This document shows positions 26,801 to 40,078 of a stretch of 64,000 nucleotides of DNA, one piece after another. Source of the DNA: Enoplolaimus lenunculus. Its lineage: Eukaryota. The stretch lies in NCBI GenBank assembly GCA_030248215.1, contig JASANG010002922.1, positions 124,001 through 188,000 on the forward strand, written 5' to 3'. The notes beneath the pieces are model-generated. The model was not told the DNA's origin. It did not search any database and was given only the letters and a program-made list of their open reading frames with translations. Numbering within the stretch: position 1 is the stretch's first letter; each line of letters starts with the position of its first letter. The position numbers and the translations under genes were made by a program.

Positions 26801-29800
26801 ACAGTCTGGAACTATCTAAAACCAGCAATTTCTATTCATGAATGTTAATAGTTCATCAATAAAACCAAGAGTGGATAATCGCTGTTCAACAATAGTATGC
26901 ACCTTGCAACATTCTGTGTAGAGAAGAATGTACCCGGCACGCGTTACGTTTTTGCTCAACCCCCTGTATTTAGAGGGGGGTACAACCAGTGCGAACCTTG
27001 GCACTTTATGTATGCAACGGCAAACATGGACCACTTATAGTATTAAGGACATTCATGTGATAGCGACCCCTGTAAACAAGGGGGGTCGACCAAAAACGCA
27101 ACACCCAGTAGTACATTTTGTACCATGCGGAACCCAAAGAGTTTAACACTCCTGTTATTATCTACTCTTGATAAAACCGAGGTAAGTTTTCTATTTCACA
27201 CTGCGCTAAAATGTTCTTCTAAAAGCGAGTTTTATAAAAATTAATTTAAGTATAAAAAATAGCTGAGTAATTAGTAAAGTATTTAGTGGTAAAACTGCGT
27301 GAAATGCACGTGTTAAAACCGTTACCAGTTTATCCAACTTCACCAGGTATGTGTTCTGACCATTTCCGAGATACCTCTTTTGTGGCCCATGTATAGAACA
27401 GGGTCGGATCGTTTTCTGGAGGGGCTATAATAGAGTCCGTTTAAGCTTTTGACAAATTTTTTTGCTTAGGCTTAGGCTTAGGCTTAAGAATAGGCTCATC
27501 CATACGCTTAGGCTTAGGCTTAGGCTTAAGAATAGGCTCATCCATACGCTTAAGCTTAAGCTTAGGCTTAGGCTTAGGAATATGCTTATACTACTGTTCC
27601 GGCCCTGTTCTATACATGGGCCCGTTTTTTTATCGTGCTTTATTATTTATTATCGTCACTCTACTTGGCTATTGTATACAAAAATGAACATACCAGTAAA
27701 GCATGAGCATAAGCGTAAGCGTACGAATGAGCTTACACCTAAAACCGAAAGCCTAAAGCAACATGTAGTCTAAAGCTTAAGCTTACTCTACTGCAGTCGT
27801 GCAGAAAAACGTCGCGCTCCTCATCTTTACATGGGCCCTTTTTAATCTTAGCCGTAAACGGTGTTATACGTTTTGGCTATTTTAATTCCGCCCGGCACCA
27901 TACGTCTATACGTGTGAAATGCCGCATCGGACCGCGTAACAGATTGAAACAAACATTTTTTGACTTGCGTCGTCGTCAGGCTTCGGACATCGCCGCATAT
28001 TAACAATTAAAGCATCGCAGTGAGGCTTCAGGTCTTTAAAGCTTACGGTTTTAAGTTGAAACTCAGTCAGCAATTTGTGGTTTGTTTAAAATGTCACGGT
28101 GACTATGTTTTCATAATTTGGATGCAACGGAAGCTTTTCTCAGAAACAGACTCTAGCAAAATATCGACAATAACGCTGCGGACTAGTTTCAAAATTCGGT
28201 TCAGCGTTTTGCAACGCGAACACAATTTTTTAACTAAAAGTACATGTTTGTATAACCTGAAAAATAATGATTTTTAGTAATTACTGCCAAAATTCAGGTT
28301 TAGGCTTAGGAAACGAATTAGGAGCAAAGGCTACAGGGTTTTAGGAAAGCCTTTTCCGAAACGGAAGTCTAAACTTGAGTTGCAAGGTGTACAAGACCTG
28401 AAATATGCTATAGTATTAATAGTGCAAAAAGTCTTGCTTTAAACCGTACAAAAACGAATCTCAAGATATCTGTGCTTCACTTGAATCCACCACTAATCGC
28501 AAATATTTATTTTATTTTGAAAGTTCGGCTTATAATTTGTCGTTTGTTTCAGACACTGCATCTCGATGGGAATCTGTTCCGTCGCATGAAGATCTAAACG
28601 AAGTGTTCGGACAAGACACAACGACAATTGGCGATTTAAGCCGACAGGAAGAAGAAGAAATTCCGATTTGGAAACAACCAAAACGTGTAAGTCCTTAGAC
28701 CCATATATTCTTAAATGTGTATAGCAGTTGTCACCTTTTGATGATGTGTTCTAAATTTTAAATCAACCAATCGAGATCTATGAAATTTAGCACATTTTTG
28801 GTATATATTCGTTTCGTTCTAAATGTTAGCTGAATTTGAAATACGCAGCTATTGATGTTCGATTATTTGAAAACCTATGCTAAGTATCCCTAAAGTTTTT
28901 TAACCTGAGACCAGTGAAAGTTATACTGTATGTTGCTGAAAATTTTCAACTATATTGATATGAATTCTGATCCTTCAGCCAGGTTAATAAAAACTTTTTT
29001 CAAATATTTACAGCTAAAATTATGCTTTTCCTCCTACTTTTTAATTTAAAGCCCTATTCACACGTGCAAGTTTTTGCATTAAACACTTGCACGTGCAACC
29101 TGCATGTGCTAATTTGGTTAAAAAGCATCTTTGAAGTTCTTGCAGCTCCAAATTAATCATACAAATTTATGTCAAGATTCAGAATGAAACTGATGTTTCT
29201 TTGCAAATACATGCAGGTGCAAGTATTTCGTGCAAGTTGAAGCTGTGAGTAATCGCTGCAAAAACTTACACGTGTGAATACATCTTAAATAGAATGGTTT
29301 CAAAGCTAAAATTTTGCAACTTTACTGCAGCTTTTAAACTGAACGTTTACCAATTTGTACTTTCAAACATTTCAGTTAATGAAAATTCTTGCACCGCACA
29401 TTTTTCTCATCATTTCGCTGCTGTTCTATACTGCAATGGGTGCTGCAGTGTTAGTATTAATTGAAGACGGACCAGATATGCAACTACGTAACGCGCATAT
29501 GCAAGATATTGGGGCAATGTATAATGCAATTGTGAACGAAACTTGGAATATAATATCACAAAACGATGGTCTGTTTGGAGCCGGTAAAGCAAAATATGCT
29601 GCTAACAAGTAAGGCTTTTGCACACATTGAATGATATATATCTTTATATACTTATAAATATATATCTATATATAGATGTATATATATACGGTTAGCATAT
29701 TCCTAAGTCTGAATCTGAGGTAAGCCAAAGCCTCGACGTAAACGCTAAGTCTAATACAAAACCTAAGTCTAAGCAAAAAATTACTAAGCCACAACATACC

Positions 29801-32800
29801 CTATGCCAATCTCGTCACAAAACGGAGAGCTCCCTCCTAGATATATTAACACGGGCCAATGTGATATTGGCCAGGGCTATGCAGTGGCTGAGCAGCCATG
29901 GCCGGAACCTAAAACGATGCATATTGCTTAGACTTTGTAGTTTTTAAACTCAGATGTTTCGAAACATTTTAAAAATCAGATGTTTCGAAACATTTTTGAA
30001 ATCAGATGTTTCGAAACATTTTTGCTATCAGATGTTTCGAAACATTTTTGAAATCAGATGTTTCGAAACATTTTTAAAATCAGATGTTTCGAAACATTTT
30101 TAAAATCAGATGTTACGAAACATTTTCAAAATCAGATGTTACGAAACATTTTTAAAATCAGATGTTTCCAAACATTTTTAAAATCAGATGTTTCCAAACA
30201 TTTTTAAAATCAGATGTTTCGAAACATTTTTAAAATCAGATGTTACGAAACATTTTTAAAATCAGATGTTTCGAAACATTTTTAAAATCATATGTTTCGA
30301 AACAGGCTACTTAATTAAAATGCCCATTTACCGTTTAAGATTTGTGAAAATTATAATTTCACATGTCAAATCAGTGCGGCAGTTTTAAAACTTGAAACGC
30401 TATCTGTGAAATTGAACTTTGTTAAAGTATTAAACAAAATAGCGTTAATTTTTTTCTCAAAATCATTAGACGTTTTTGCAACGTTTCCTGCTGCCCGTAA
30501 GCGCTGTGCTAAAAGGCTTGATCACCAGATTTGAATTTTTAAGACGACAATGGGATGAAATTATTCGGCATCGGCTTGAAAATCTTTCTTCACTTCACGT
30601 TGGGTTCACATTTCATCCACAAATGACACTAAAATCCCGCTGGACGTTTCCAACTGCAGTATTGTATACGTTGACTGTGTTGACAACTTGTGGTGAGTAT
30701 AGGAATATATAAAGAAGCCATATTCTCAACTGTGTGTAGCACTTAGCCGATAAGTAATAGGTGAACGAACAAGAAGCTGTGAATGGCAAAAATTGCATAC
30801 AGTTACCTTCGCCCATGTAAAGCTGAGGGGCGGAACATTTATCTGTGGTACTGCCATAGAGTAAGCTTTAAGCTTTAGATATCATTTTTGCTTCGGCTGA
30901 GGTTTGGTATAAGCTCATTCTTACGCTTAAGTTAACTGGCCGTTATGGCGAACAAAGTGTAAGAAATGAGCAAATTTTCGGTCTTACAATTTTCTGATCA
31001 TAACCTTACAATGTTTATCACAAACTGGTTAAATAAATCTAGTTGCTATTCACACCTTTGAGAATATGGGCAACGTTGAAACTATGGGATGGTACACCTG
31101 CATGGCACATTCTTGAAGTAATACCTTGCCGAAATGAAATGCTTACTAAGAACCCTGTACAATATGACTAGGAACATACCCTTAGGGATTAAACGAACAC
31201 ACGGCAAAGGACTGTTGACAATGGGAAGTACTCACTACACATACAAAGGCTGGCCTTAAGCCGATTAGGCTGATTGGACCAAAAAATGAAGAAATACTTG
31301 CATTTGGTTATATAATCGTTTTTTATAGAACCGCATGTGCAACTGGTATACCAGGAGGGGCGACACATTATTTGCTCAAAACATATAACTGATGTGTATA
31401 AAATATTATATATCAACTACTAGCTTGCAGACCCTTAACTACTAGAGGAAGGCGCGGGGGGATGGGCTACGCCGAACAGGTTCGCCCCACCTGGCCAAAA
31501 ATAAATTGTTAAAAAACTTTCTTCTTGTTACTTCTGGAAATCGTTTTACCCTCGTAAGAATTCCTGGTAGAAGCGTTAGTTTGGTTTTGACATTCAGTTC
31601 CACTCGAAGCGAAAACCCATTTGTCCCAAAAAGTAACAGTTGCGTACACTGCAAAAAACGGTGAGTCAAATTGACTCTCTCCGAAATAGGCTTTTCCTAT
31701 GACTACACAAACTGAGTCAAAATTCGACTCCGCTAGATTTATACATAAACACCATTATGTAAAAGTTTTCACCACCAGGCTCTTGAACACTTCCCCCACA
31801 TTCAAGGTTAAGGTTTGAACGCCTAGACTCAGGCAAAAGGCTTAGGCCTCGTCGTAGACATAGGTAAGCGTTTTCTTAAGCCTAAGCTTTTATGGGCATA
31901 TGTCTGAGCGTAAATATCGAGAAATGTACATCTCAAAAACGTTCTCGTCTCCAATGGATCCACCTGGTTATCGGCCCTAGCGTCGTTAATTGACTTCCGC
32001 CTATGAAGATCCGCAATTGACGGTCGGTAAATTTTAACTTTCAGGCTACGCCGGCATCGAACCGGCAACAATTGGTGGAAAATTTTTCGCCATCGGATTC
32101 GCACTTCTCGGCATTCCTTTGATGTTTATTACGGCAGCGGATATTGGCAAATTTTTATCCGAACGAGTGTTGATATTTTGGCGACAGTCCAGCGAATGGT
32201 TTGATAACGTGAGGTAATTTTATTTTTGTTTTATAACTCGCATTCAATCCTACCATGAAACGAGCAATTTTCACCATATGCCGTACTCAAGACGTTCGAA
32301 AGGAGGGTTTACGTTCTATAAAGCTTTCGAACAGTGGGGAAAGATTTTGAAGTTGCAACCTGTACGTTGTCACAAAATCCTTGAACAAAAATCCCAAGAA
32401 GGTGGCTTGACACCTAAACCACCCTGGCTACATTCTTATTTTTTAAACAAGCCAATGTATCAAGAATTAATATTTTGTATCAGGATTCGGACTGATATTG
32501 ATATTTTTCTTTCCCTCAGTAGTCGATTTCACGAGGCCCGGTCCGTGATCCATTGGGACTTTGTCGCATGACTATAGATCAATTAAATGTTCACCTTAAA
32601 CTGAAAATAAGCCCAGCTTCTAAACTGTTTACAAGCTGAAACTACAAAAATCCGACAATTCAACCACAACGAGGTTTCCACGATTCTCGCAGCATTTCGA
32701 AATCGTTAAAATACAAAGACAACAGTCGGCAAAATTTCGAATCCACGAAACCGGGAAGCGAAATATCCCCAAGTCACTTGTTTCTGCAACCACGGACAGT

Positions 32801-35501
32801 ATGTTTCAGAGCTCGATTCTACAAACCGTGTAAATCGTCAGTTCAAAGCTCACGCAAAACATCGTCGTCTCTTTCGTCGCGGCATGGACTTCCGTCTGAA
32901 GATCAAGAGCTTTTGGATATGTTGGACGAAGAGCCGCATAACAGTAAACTGCAACGTTGCGTCTTGTAAACTTTCTCACAACAGTTTTCTGAAATTTGGC
33001 AAATTTTGATGGCGTAACTTTTTACACTTTTCTGGTTTTCGAACACTTCCCCCCCGCACAGTTTTCGAAATTTACCGATCTTGGAACTAACGTTTACCTT
33101 TTGTAGAAAATTAGACTTAGAATATTAAGGCTTAACTAAAGTTGACTGAATAAAGTGTATACAAGTATTTAAAATTTTATTGCACTGCAACCATACAAAA
33201 ACGTTTCACAACCAATTTGCGACCTGCACTTAAATTGCTACCTGTACTTCTATATTCCAGCCGGTCTACGAAGTAAATACGGTGGTTCAATTAGTCTTGT
33301 GATGCGCATAGAGTATACTGTGAGCAATTAATTGAAAAACTGTGCACGCAGAAATACATTCACAACATACAGTGTTTAACAATTCTTACGCGTATATGCA
33401 GTAGAAAAGCTCCATGAGACGTGAGAGACCCACTAGCTCACGCGCTAAGCTCTTAGACTCGAGCGACGATGCTAAACGCCATCCATTCAAGAGTCCCGAA
33501 TTTGAATTCTAACTTGAAATTGTATGTCACAAAAAATTTCAAATGTTCATGCAGGAAAGTGTTAAACTGGCTCACACTTGACAAGACGTAACAGATGGTA
33601 ACTGCTAGACGCATTGGCCCATGTATTGAACGGGCCGGATCGTTTTCCGGAGGGGCAACAATACAGTTAGTTTAAGCTTTACACTAATTTTTTTGCTTAG
33701 GCTTAAGCTTAGTCTTAGGCTTAGGAATAGGCTTATCCATACGCTTAGGCTTAGGCATAGGCTTAGGAATATGCTTATACTACTGATCCGGCCCTGTTCT
33801 GCACATGGGCCGACGTATTTGAGAGCACAACTTACAGGCTCAAATGTTGCGATAATAATTTTGCGTTCAACGTTACGATTTCAGGTCTTTGGTTTCCGAT
33901 CGGAGCGTACGTTTGTATGGTTTGCGGATACTGTGCACTTGGCGCATGGATGTACATGACCTGGGAAGCGGATTGGGATTTCATTTACGCGTTTTATTTT
34001 GCGTTCAATTTAATTACAACTGTCGGATTGGGTAATGTTATTGTCGAACACGCAACGTATTTGATACTCAACGTTGTTTACGTTATTGTCGGTACGCAAG
34101 TAATGACTATTAATGAGTGAACGCTTGCTTTATAAGCTAAAGTCCATTACGAAGGCAAGAAGTCCATATTTATGAAAAATCATAGTCACATTCAGGAAAA
34201 AAAGTATTACGATGGCGCTATACTTTTTGGTGCCCATATTTCAATGGTTTTCGGCGCCGTCGAAAATGTGCGCAAATTGCCGATCAACGCCGCTATTAAA
34301 TTAACTTTTTTTAATTCTTTGTTGACAGGCGTCACTATGCGACGCCAAAAAACGCGACACGATTTAAAATTGCACTACGCCACCAAATATATAGATTTTG
34401 TCTATATTTTTTGCTAGCAACGCATACCGGCGTGCGGTGGTGCGCGGCACGGGTCCGGCACAGTAAAGTATAGCGCAGCTTTTAATGTTAAATAAACTCT
34501 AACGGGAAATATTTCAAAATTTAGTTCATTTTGATCATATTATACTAAAGCATTTCCAATTTGTTTTACGTACTACCTTACACAAAAATTCTCAAAACAT
34601 GTTGAGCATGGGCGCCTTCAAATTAACTTTGATGTTTATCCTCAGTTGTTATACTGCAAGCAATTTTGAAATTAATATTTAATTTTGAAACCTTCGTTTA
34701 CACGTATACATGCAGCAAAATGTTACAAAAACTGATTGGGATGTGGGATGGAAGTCCATATATAATGCCTTATATTTACAGCCCTATGGGTCGCCAGCCG
34801 AACTACTCTCAGATTCATACACATTACACAATGATGCAATAGGGTCAAAACCTTTACACGAGCTCCCAATTTCAGGTTTAGCAGTTGTCACAATGTGCGT
34901 CGACCTAGCAAGCTCTCAACTGAAGGCTTACTTTACTCGAATCCACTATTTTGGTCGCGCCCACGCACATTTCCTTGGGCTCTCTGAAGACGTTCGCAGT
35001 ATGATGCAAACTTTACAAGCGCTCCGCAAACGCGAAGGGGGCAAACTAACCCTCGCCGAAATTAAATCTCTGCTGCATCAGCAATTAACACTCCGTCCTT
35101 ACTGCCCCAGACACATGTATATGTGGCGATATATCGACGAAACGACGCATTCTCAAATATCAAAATCTGATCAAGCCCTGCACGAAATTGGCGGACCCCT
35201 AGCGGCTGGGGCGAAAATGGCCGATCCCGGACAATTTTTCAACTATCCACCCCCGTATCCGCCGGTAGTTAAATATTCCGGTCCGGCCGGGCTGCCTGCG
35301 TTAGTGATTGTGAATGAAGACGGAGCACCAACCGCAGAAGTCCTGAGCAGTATCAAAGGCCGCGGCCAAAATCCGTTAGGCGGATCTCAGAGACAAACGT
35401 ATAATCGCCGCAGTAATGGCTCAGTGATGAGCGCTAGTATGCCACCTGGTGCGTATTTCGCTGAAAACGATCCGGCTACCGGGAGGTCACTGTTGGACTG
35501 A
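23865..35501 (+). CDS. TWK-family two-pore-domain (K2P) potassium channel, 8 coding exons, 640 aa
   Basis: Exons joined by GT-AG with consistent phases: 23865-24120, 28553-28686, 29376-29608, 30529-30692, 32045-32213, 32810-32943, 33885-34091, 34876-35501 (1923 nt). Translation gives TM1 (LMKILAPHIFLIISLLFYTAMGAAVLVLIE), P1 (WTFPTAVLYTLTVLTTCGYAG), TM2 (FALLGIPLMFITAADIGKFLSE), P2 (FIYAFYFAFNLITTVGLGN) and TM4 (GLAVVTMCVDL). Exon 1 is the least certain: it is phase-compatible and has an upstream TATAG acceptor. Confidence 0.9.
25284..25674. mobile_element. hAT-like MITE
   Basis: CAATGGCGGATCC...GGATCCGCCACTG termini, perfect 8-bp TSD CCTGTACC. Confidence 0.85.
26040..26247. mobile_element. 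Family A CACTG MITE
   Basis: Same TIRs, TA TSD. Confidence 0.85.
26866..27170. mobile_element. Family E P/Galileo-like MITE
   Basis: Perfect 7-bp TSD ATAAAAC. Confidence 0.8.
27384..27622. mobile_element. Family B Merlin-like MITE
   Basis: GGCCCATGTATAGAACAGGG TIRs and (TTAGGC)n blocks. TSD not clear. Confidence 0.8.
29050..29285. mobile_element. PIF/Harbinger-like MITE
   Basis: TATTCACACGTG/CACGTGTGAATA inverted ends, TAA flanks. Confidence 0.6.
29950..30303. repeat. 26-bp minisatellite (~13.5 copies) with palindromic core ATGTTTCGAAACAT, in TWK intron 3
   Basis: Unit TCAGATGTTTCGAAACATTTTTAAAA is repeated head to tail with no spacers. Confidence 0.95.
31647..31733. mobile_element. Family A MITE, left arm only
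   Basis: CACTGCAAAAAACGGTGAGTC..., truncated. Confidence 0.75.
33616..33811. mobile_element. Family B Merlin-like MITE
   Basis: TSD GACGCATT/GACGTATT. Confidence 0.85.
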
Positions 35502-35753
35502 TTTTAGAACTTGAGACCTAACCTTGTTCTACGCGAGCTATTACACGTGCGGAAACTTTTGCGAAAATGTGGTGTATCTTTGACAATAACTTGCGTGGGT
35601 ATACCATGTGACAATTTGTATGTCAATTTTGTTGTCCGACGCTTGCTATCGTACACGAAGTCAATTCTGTTGGACTTAAATGTGCTTTTTACCTAAAACA
35701 TACGTAAGAAATTTTACATAAGTATTTCAATCTAAGTGAACTGAATAATGGTC

Positions 35754-36328
35754 GCAACAAAGTATTAATTGGCAACTTACTAATTAATTAAAGCAACAAA
35801 GTATTAATTGGCAACTTACTAATTAATTAAAGCAACAAAGTATTAATTGGTAACTTACTAATTAATTAAAGCAACAAAGTATTAATTGGCAACTTACTAA
35901 TTAATTAAAGCAACAAAGTATTAATTGGCAACTTACTAATTAATTAAAGCAACAAAGTATTAATTGGTAACTTACTAATTAATTAAAGCAACAAAGTATT
36001 AATTGGCAACTTACTAATTAATTAAAGCAACAAATTATTAATTGGCAACTTACTAATTAATTAAAGCAACAAAGTATTAATTGGCAACTTACTAATTAAT
36101 TAAAGCAACAAAGTATTAATTGGCAACTTACTAATTAATTAAAGCAACAAAGTATTAATTGGCAACTTACTAATTAATTAAAGCAACAAAGTATTAATTG
36201 GCAACTTACTAATTAATTAAAGCAACAAAGTATTAATTGGCAACTTACTAATTAATTAAAGCAACAAAGTATTAATTGGCAACTTAATTAATTAAAGCAA
36301 CAAAGCATTAATCGGCAACTTACTAATT
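35754..36328. repeat. 39-bp minisatellite (~14.7 copies) just downstream of the TWK stop
   Basis: Unit GCAACAAAGTATTAATTGGCAACTTACTAATTAATTAAA. Confidence 0.95.
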
Positions 36329-37790
36329 ATTGCCACAATAACTTGCGTGCACCATGTCACTATTTTCATATAAACGAGTCATGGCACTGCTGTTCCGGCC
36401 CTGTTCTATACATGAGCCCGAGTCATGAATTCGGTCGCCGAAACATCGCCGCAAGGTGCGCGGAGCACGACAGAGTTCCAAATGAATACTGCGCATTGTT
36501 GCATTCAATTTTTGCCACATATATGCACGAGACCGCAAAAGTCGTGGACAATTTTTACAAAATATGTCCGATTATTTCCATATGAAAACGTGAACCGAAG
36601 GAAAAATACCAAAATAGGTTTCAGTCTGAACGTCAATTTTGTAAAAATTATCAAGAAATGACGTTCAACTTAAGTTATTGCGGACTATGCTTTTCTGGCA
36701 AAATACAAAATTTTTTACCTACTTTTTAAAAAAATCGCACTTCGATTTTTACACGAAGAATCACTGAAACATAGACATTACAAGTTTATTTGATATGTCC
36801 AAATATTTAAAAATAAACATATAAAGAAGGATTACAAAATTTTCACGACATTTCTAATTTTCGTTATAGAAGGTGGCTAATGTCAGGTTAAGCATGTTCG
36901 TAAGCCTAAGCCTAAATGAGTTGAAAACGTATAAACCTAAGCCTAAATGAGTTGAAACAGTATAAACCTAAACCTAAATCCGAAGCCTGAGCAACAAAAT
37001 ATATTATATATAGTCTAAATTGTAACGCAGCTTTAGTCACACCTGAAAACGGGACTGCCCTAAAACTAACCATATTCGTAAACCGAAGCCTAAGCCTATA
37101 TATAAGCGGTGAAAAAGTATAAACTTAAGCCAAAGGCCTAAGCTTAAGCAAAAAAATATAGTTTAAAACCTAACGCTACTATTATAAGTCCCACCACAAA
37201 GCGGGACTGCCCTAAACGTAAACATGGACCGAGCCAAACGTAAACATGGACCGAGCCAGTTGAGGATGCCGACCGACTAAAATTTCTTATGAATTATAAT
37301 TTGAAACAGCTTTGGCTAACAGATCAACCAGCTGATCATCAGCAATCACACGTGTGTCAATTTTTGACACGGAAGACAACCATGGAGCAACTCGAAGTAA
37401 CTTTATCGCCAGATGGTGTTTACACTAAAAATATATGCATTTTTTCATGAATATATCTTTTTAAAAAATATATATTCAACAAATTAATTGCAAAATCAGC
37501 AAAAGCAACGTCTTTAAGCTGATTAAGCTTACCGATGATATTCTTTATCGCTGCAAATAAGTTTGCTCTGTTTTACGTTTACATTTTAATATAAACAACA
37601 AACTTAGCTGGAACAATAGTATATTTATTAAAACATCTATTTGTAAGCCAGTCAAATTTCACCGCAATTTCAAATTACAATTCCAACTTCTGAAACCGCT
37701 TCTATTCCCTTACGTTCCTTGGCCCAAAAAACAGTAAACATCCATGTACGTATCGTCATCTAGAGCTGTAATGGGCTGATCCCAAAAATA

Positions 37791-37943
37791 AATTTCAAAC
37801 TTACAGTTAAATCAGAAAAAGAAATTTCAAACTTAAAGTGAAAGCAGAAAAAGAAATTTCAAACTTACAGTTAAAGCAGAAAAAGAAATTTCAAACTTAC
37901 AGTTAAAGCAGAAAAAGCAATTTTAAACTTACAGTTAAAGCAG
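37791..37943. repeat. 33-bp minisatellite (~4.5 copies)
   Basis: Unit AATTTCAAACTTACAGTTAAAGCAGAAAAAGAA. Confidence 0.85.
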
Positions 37944-39939
37944 ATCCTTGTTTGAGAACCATTTCGGCAAAAAACGGACACGAACAATAGTTGCATTCAG
38001 AAAATGCATAGTGGAAATTAAACTGAGATGATACGCTGTTGCACTGAAACAACATATTTTACTTTTAACACAATTGTTGTCATTTTGCCATGGCGTAGCC
38101 GCATGTGAAATGTACCGGAGCTAGAAATCGGCAAATACCGTCGGATCCGGAGACAGGGGAGAAGCAAAATCAGTGCTCAACTCAGACCGGTGCTTGTACT
38201 TCGCAAATGATTGACTCAGTTGTAGATTAATGAATTTTGAAAAAAGTTTCGAAATCATTCTATCAGAGTTTGGACTTTGATTTTAAAGTTTTTACCGCCT
38301 TCGATCATTTTCAACGCAAGCCCAGAAATTACGAGGCAAAACTTCAAGTAGTTTACAACAATTTTTTCAGCGCATATTCATGCATATGTAAGCAATTCAG
38401 CTTTTCAATTTCATTTTAGAGCCGGTATTCTGAAATGCTTATAGCAGCATCTATCACTAGTTGGTAATAGGTTTTCAAACTCACAAACTGTTGCGGTTGC
38501 AAATCTCAAATTTTGCACAAACAGAGGGTAAATGAAATATGCAAATTGTGATGAATTCCTAAGCTCTCCGTTCAGTGATTTGAAAGTTCCAAGACCTATC
38601 ATTAACTGGTGATTAGGTGCTACACACATTTGAGAATAATTCAAATATCTTCGCAAGCAAATATGTAAAACAGAAAGCTGTATCAGACTATAATGGACCA
38701 CTTGATCCATGTGTAACTGAGGAATCGCATCATAAGCAAAACACCAATTTAACCGTTGGCTCATGTACAGGTCAGGGGCGGATCGTTTTTCCGTGGGGCT
38801 GCAATAGCGTAAGGCTAAGGTTTAGACAAATATATTCGCTTAAGCTCAGGTTTCAGCTTAGGCTTACTCGTTGGTGCGGGCTTATTCTTTACACGTTCGC
38901 CTAGGCTTGGGAATATGCTTATGCTACTGTTACGGCAGTGTTTCATAGATTGGTTTCAACGTTCGTTTCAAATAACGAATATCAATACGATGAATCGCTA
39001 GTGCCTTAAAATGCTATTAAGTAAACGCTTTTTAGCATAATTACCAAACCGCTATTTCAACTGTCAAAACGCTATTTCAGCGTCAATACAAACGCGTTTC
39101 AAAACGCAATGAAACTTTTGTATTTTGCTCACTATTCCTACACACAAAAAAGTATTTCTGAATGTATTCAGAAAAGTATTTTCTATGTCAAATCTGAAAA
39201 GTTTTTCTGATATTTAAGACAATTTTTCTAAAATTAACTGGAAATCGTTTATTTCCAGACTTTATTTCAAAACTTTTTTGAAAACTTTTCTGTTATAACA
39301 GAAGTACTTTTCAAGTGCACCTTGCTAATTATATTTCTTAAATGTAAGAAATTTGTTCTTAAATATCAGAAATTTTATTTTGAGTGTACGGTAAGCTATA
39401 TCTACTGACTAATCTCTACTGTTTTAGTAGCCTTACTGATGGTAAGTGACAACGAAAGCTATCTGAGTCAAATTTCTAAAATTAAAATTGGTGGTTTACT
39501 AAAAATATATTTTACTTGAAATATTTTTCGTGAACTTGTCGACGAACGTAATTCAGTAACAAAGCCGCGATCAATTAAATCGAATGCAAGCAATGCGGAT
39601 GCGCCGAAAAAATCATGAAGCCTGAAAAACCACTGTTTTGTTTACCAAATTTTGCAAAAAAATAGTCCTTTTTGACAGCAAATTTAGCTTATCAATTTCC
39701 TATTTAAGTTTTAAAAATGTCTCAATTTCCTACTGCTGTCCTATTTAAATTCCCTATTGGGAAATCGACACTCAAAATATCATTTCGATTTACTAGTACG
39801 GTTTGCAAATTGTCTCAATTTCCCACTAGACCAATTTTTTCAAATTAAATTTCCTTCTTGAAGCGTTTTTCAAAACCGTACTTGGAAATGGTTGCGTCAA
39901 TTTTCCACACGGCGGGCACACGATAAAATGGATGACGCA

Positions 39940-40078
39940 TAAATTTGACTCCACCAGAGTTAAACGTGCGGCACACTGAGACGAAATTGACTCTGACAGA
40001 GTCGAGTTTCACTCAGTTTGCGCAGTCCCGATGAGCCTATTTCGGAGAGAGTCAATTTGACTAAGCATTTTTACAGTG
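39940..40078. mobile_element. Family A MITE, right arm only
   Basis: Ends ...GAGAGTCAATTTGACTAAGCATTTTTACAGTG. Confidence 0.75.

Noticed and set aside
27462..27773. LRLRLR/LGLGLG ORFs (also 2168, 7692, 24784, 33693, 50019)
   Set aside because: They are translations of (TTAGGC)n in family B MITEs, not proteins.
29950..30303. CRISPR-like array of palindromic ~26-bp repeats
   Set aside because: No unique spacers, no cas genes, eukaryotic intron context. The same applies to the 39-bp and 217-bp arrays.
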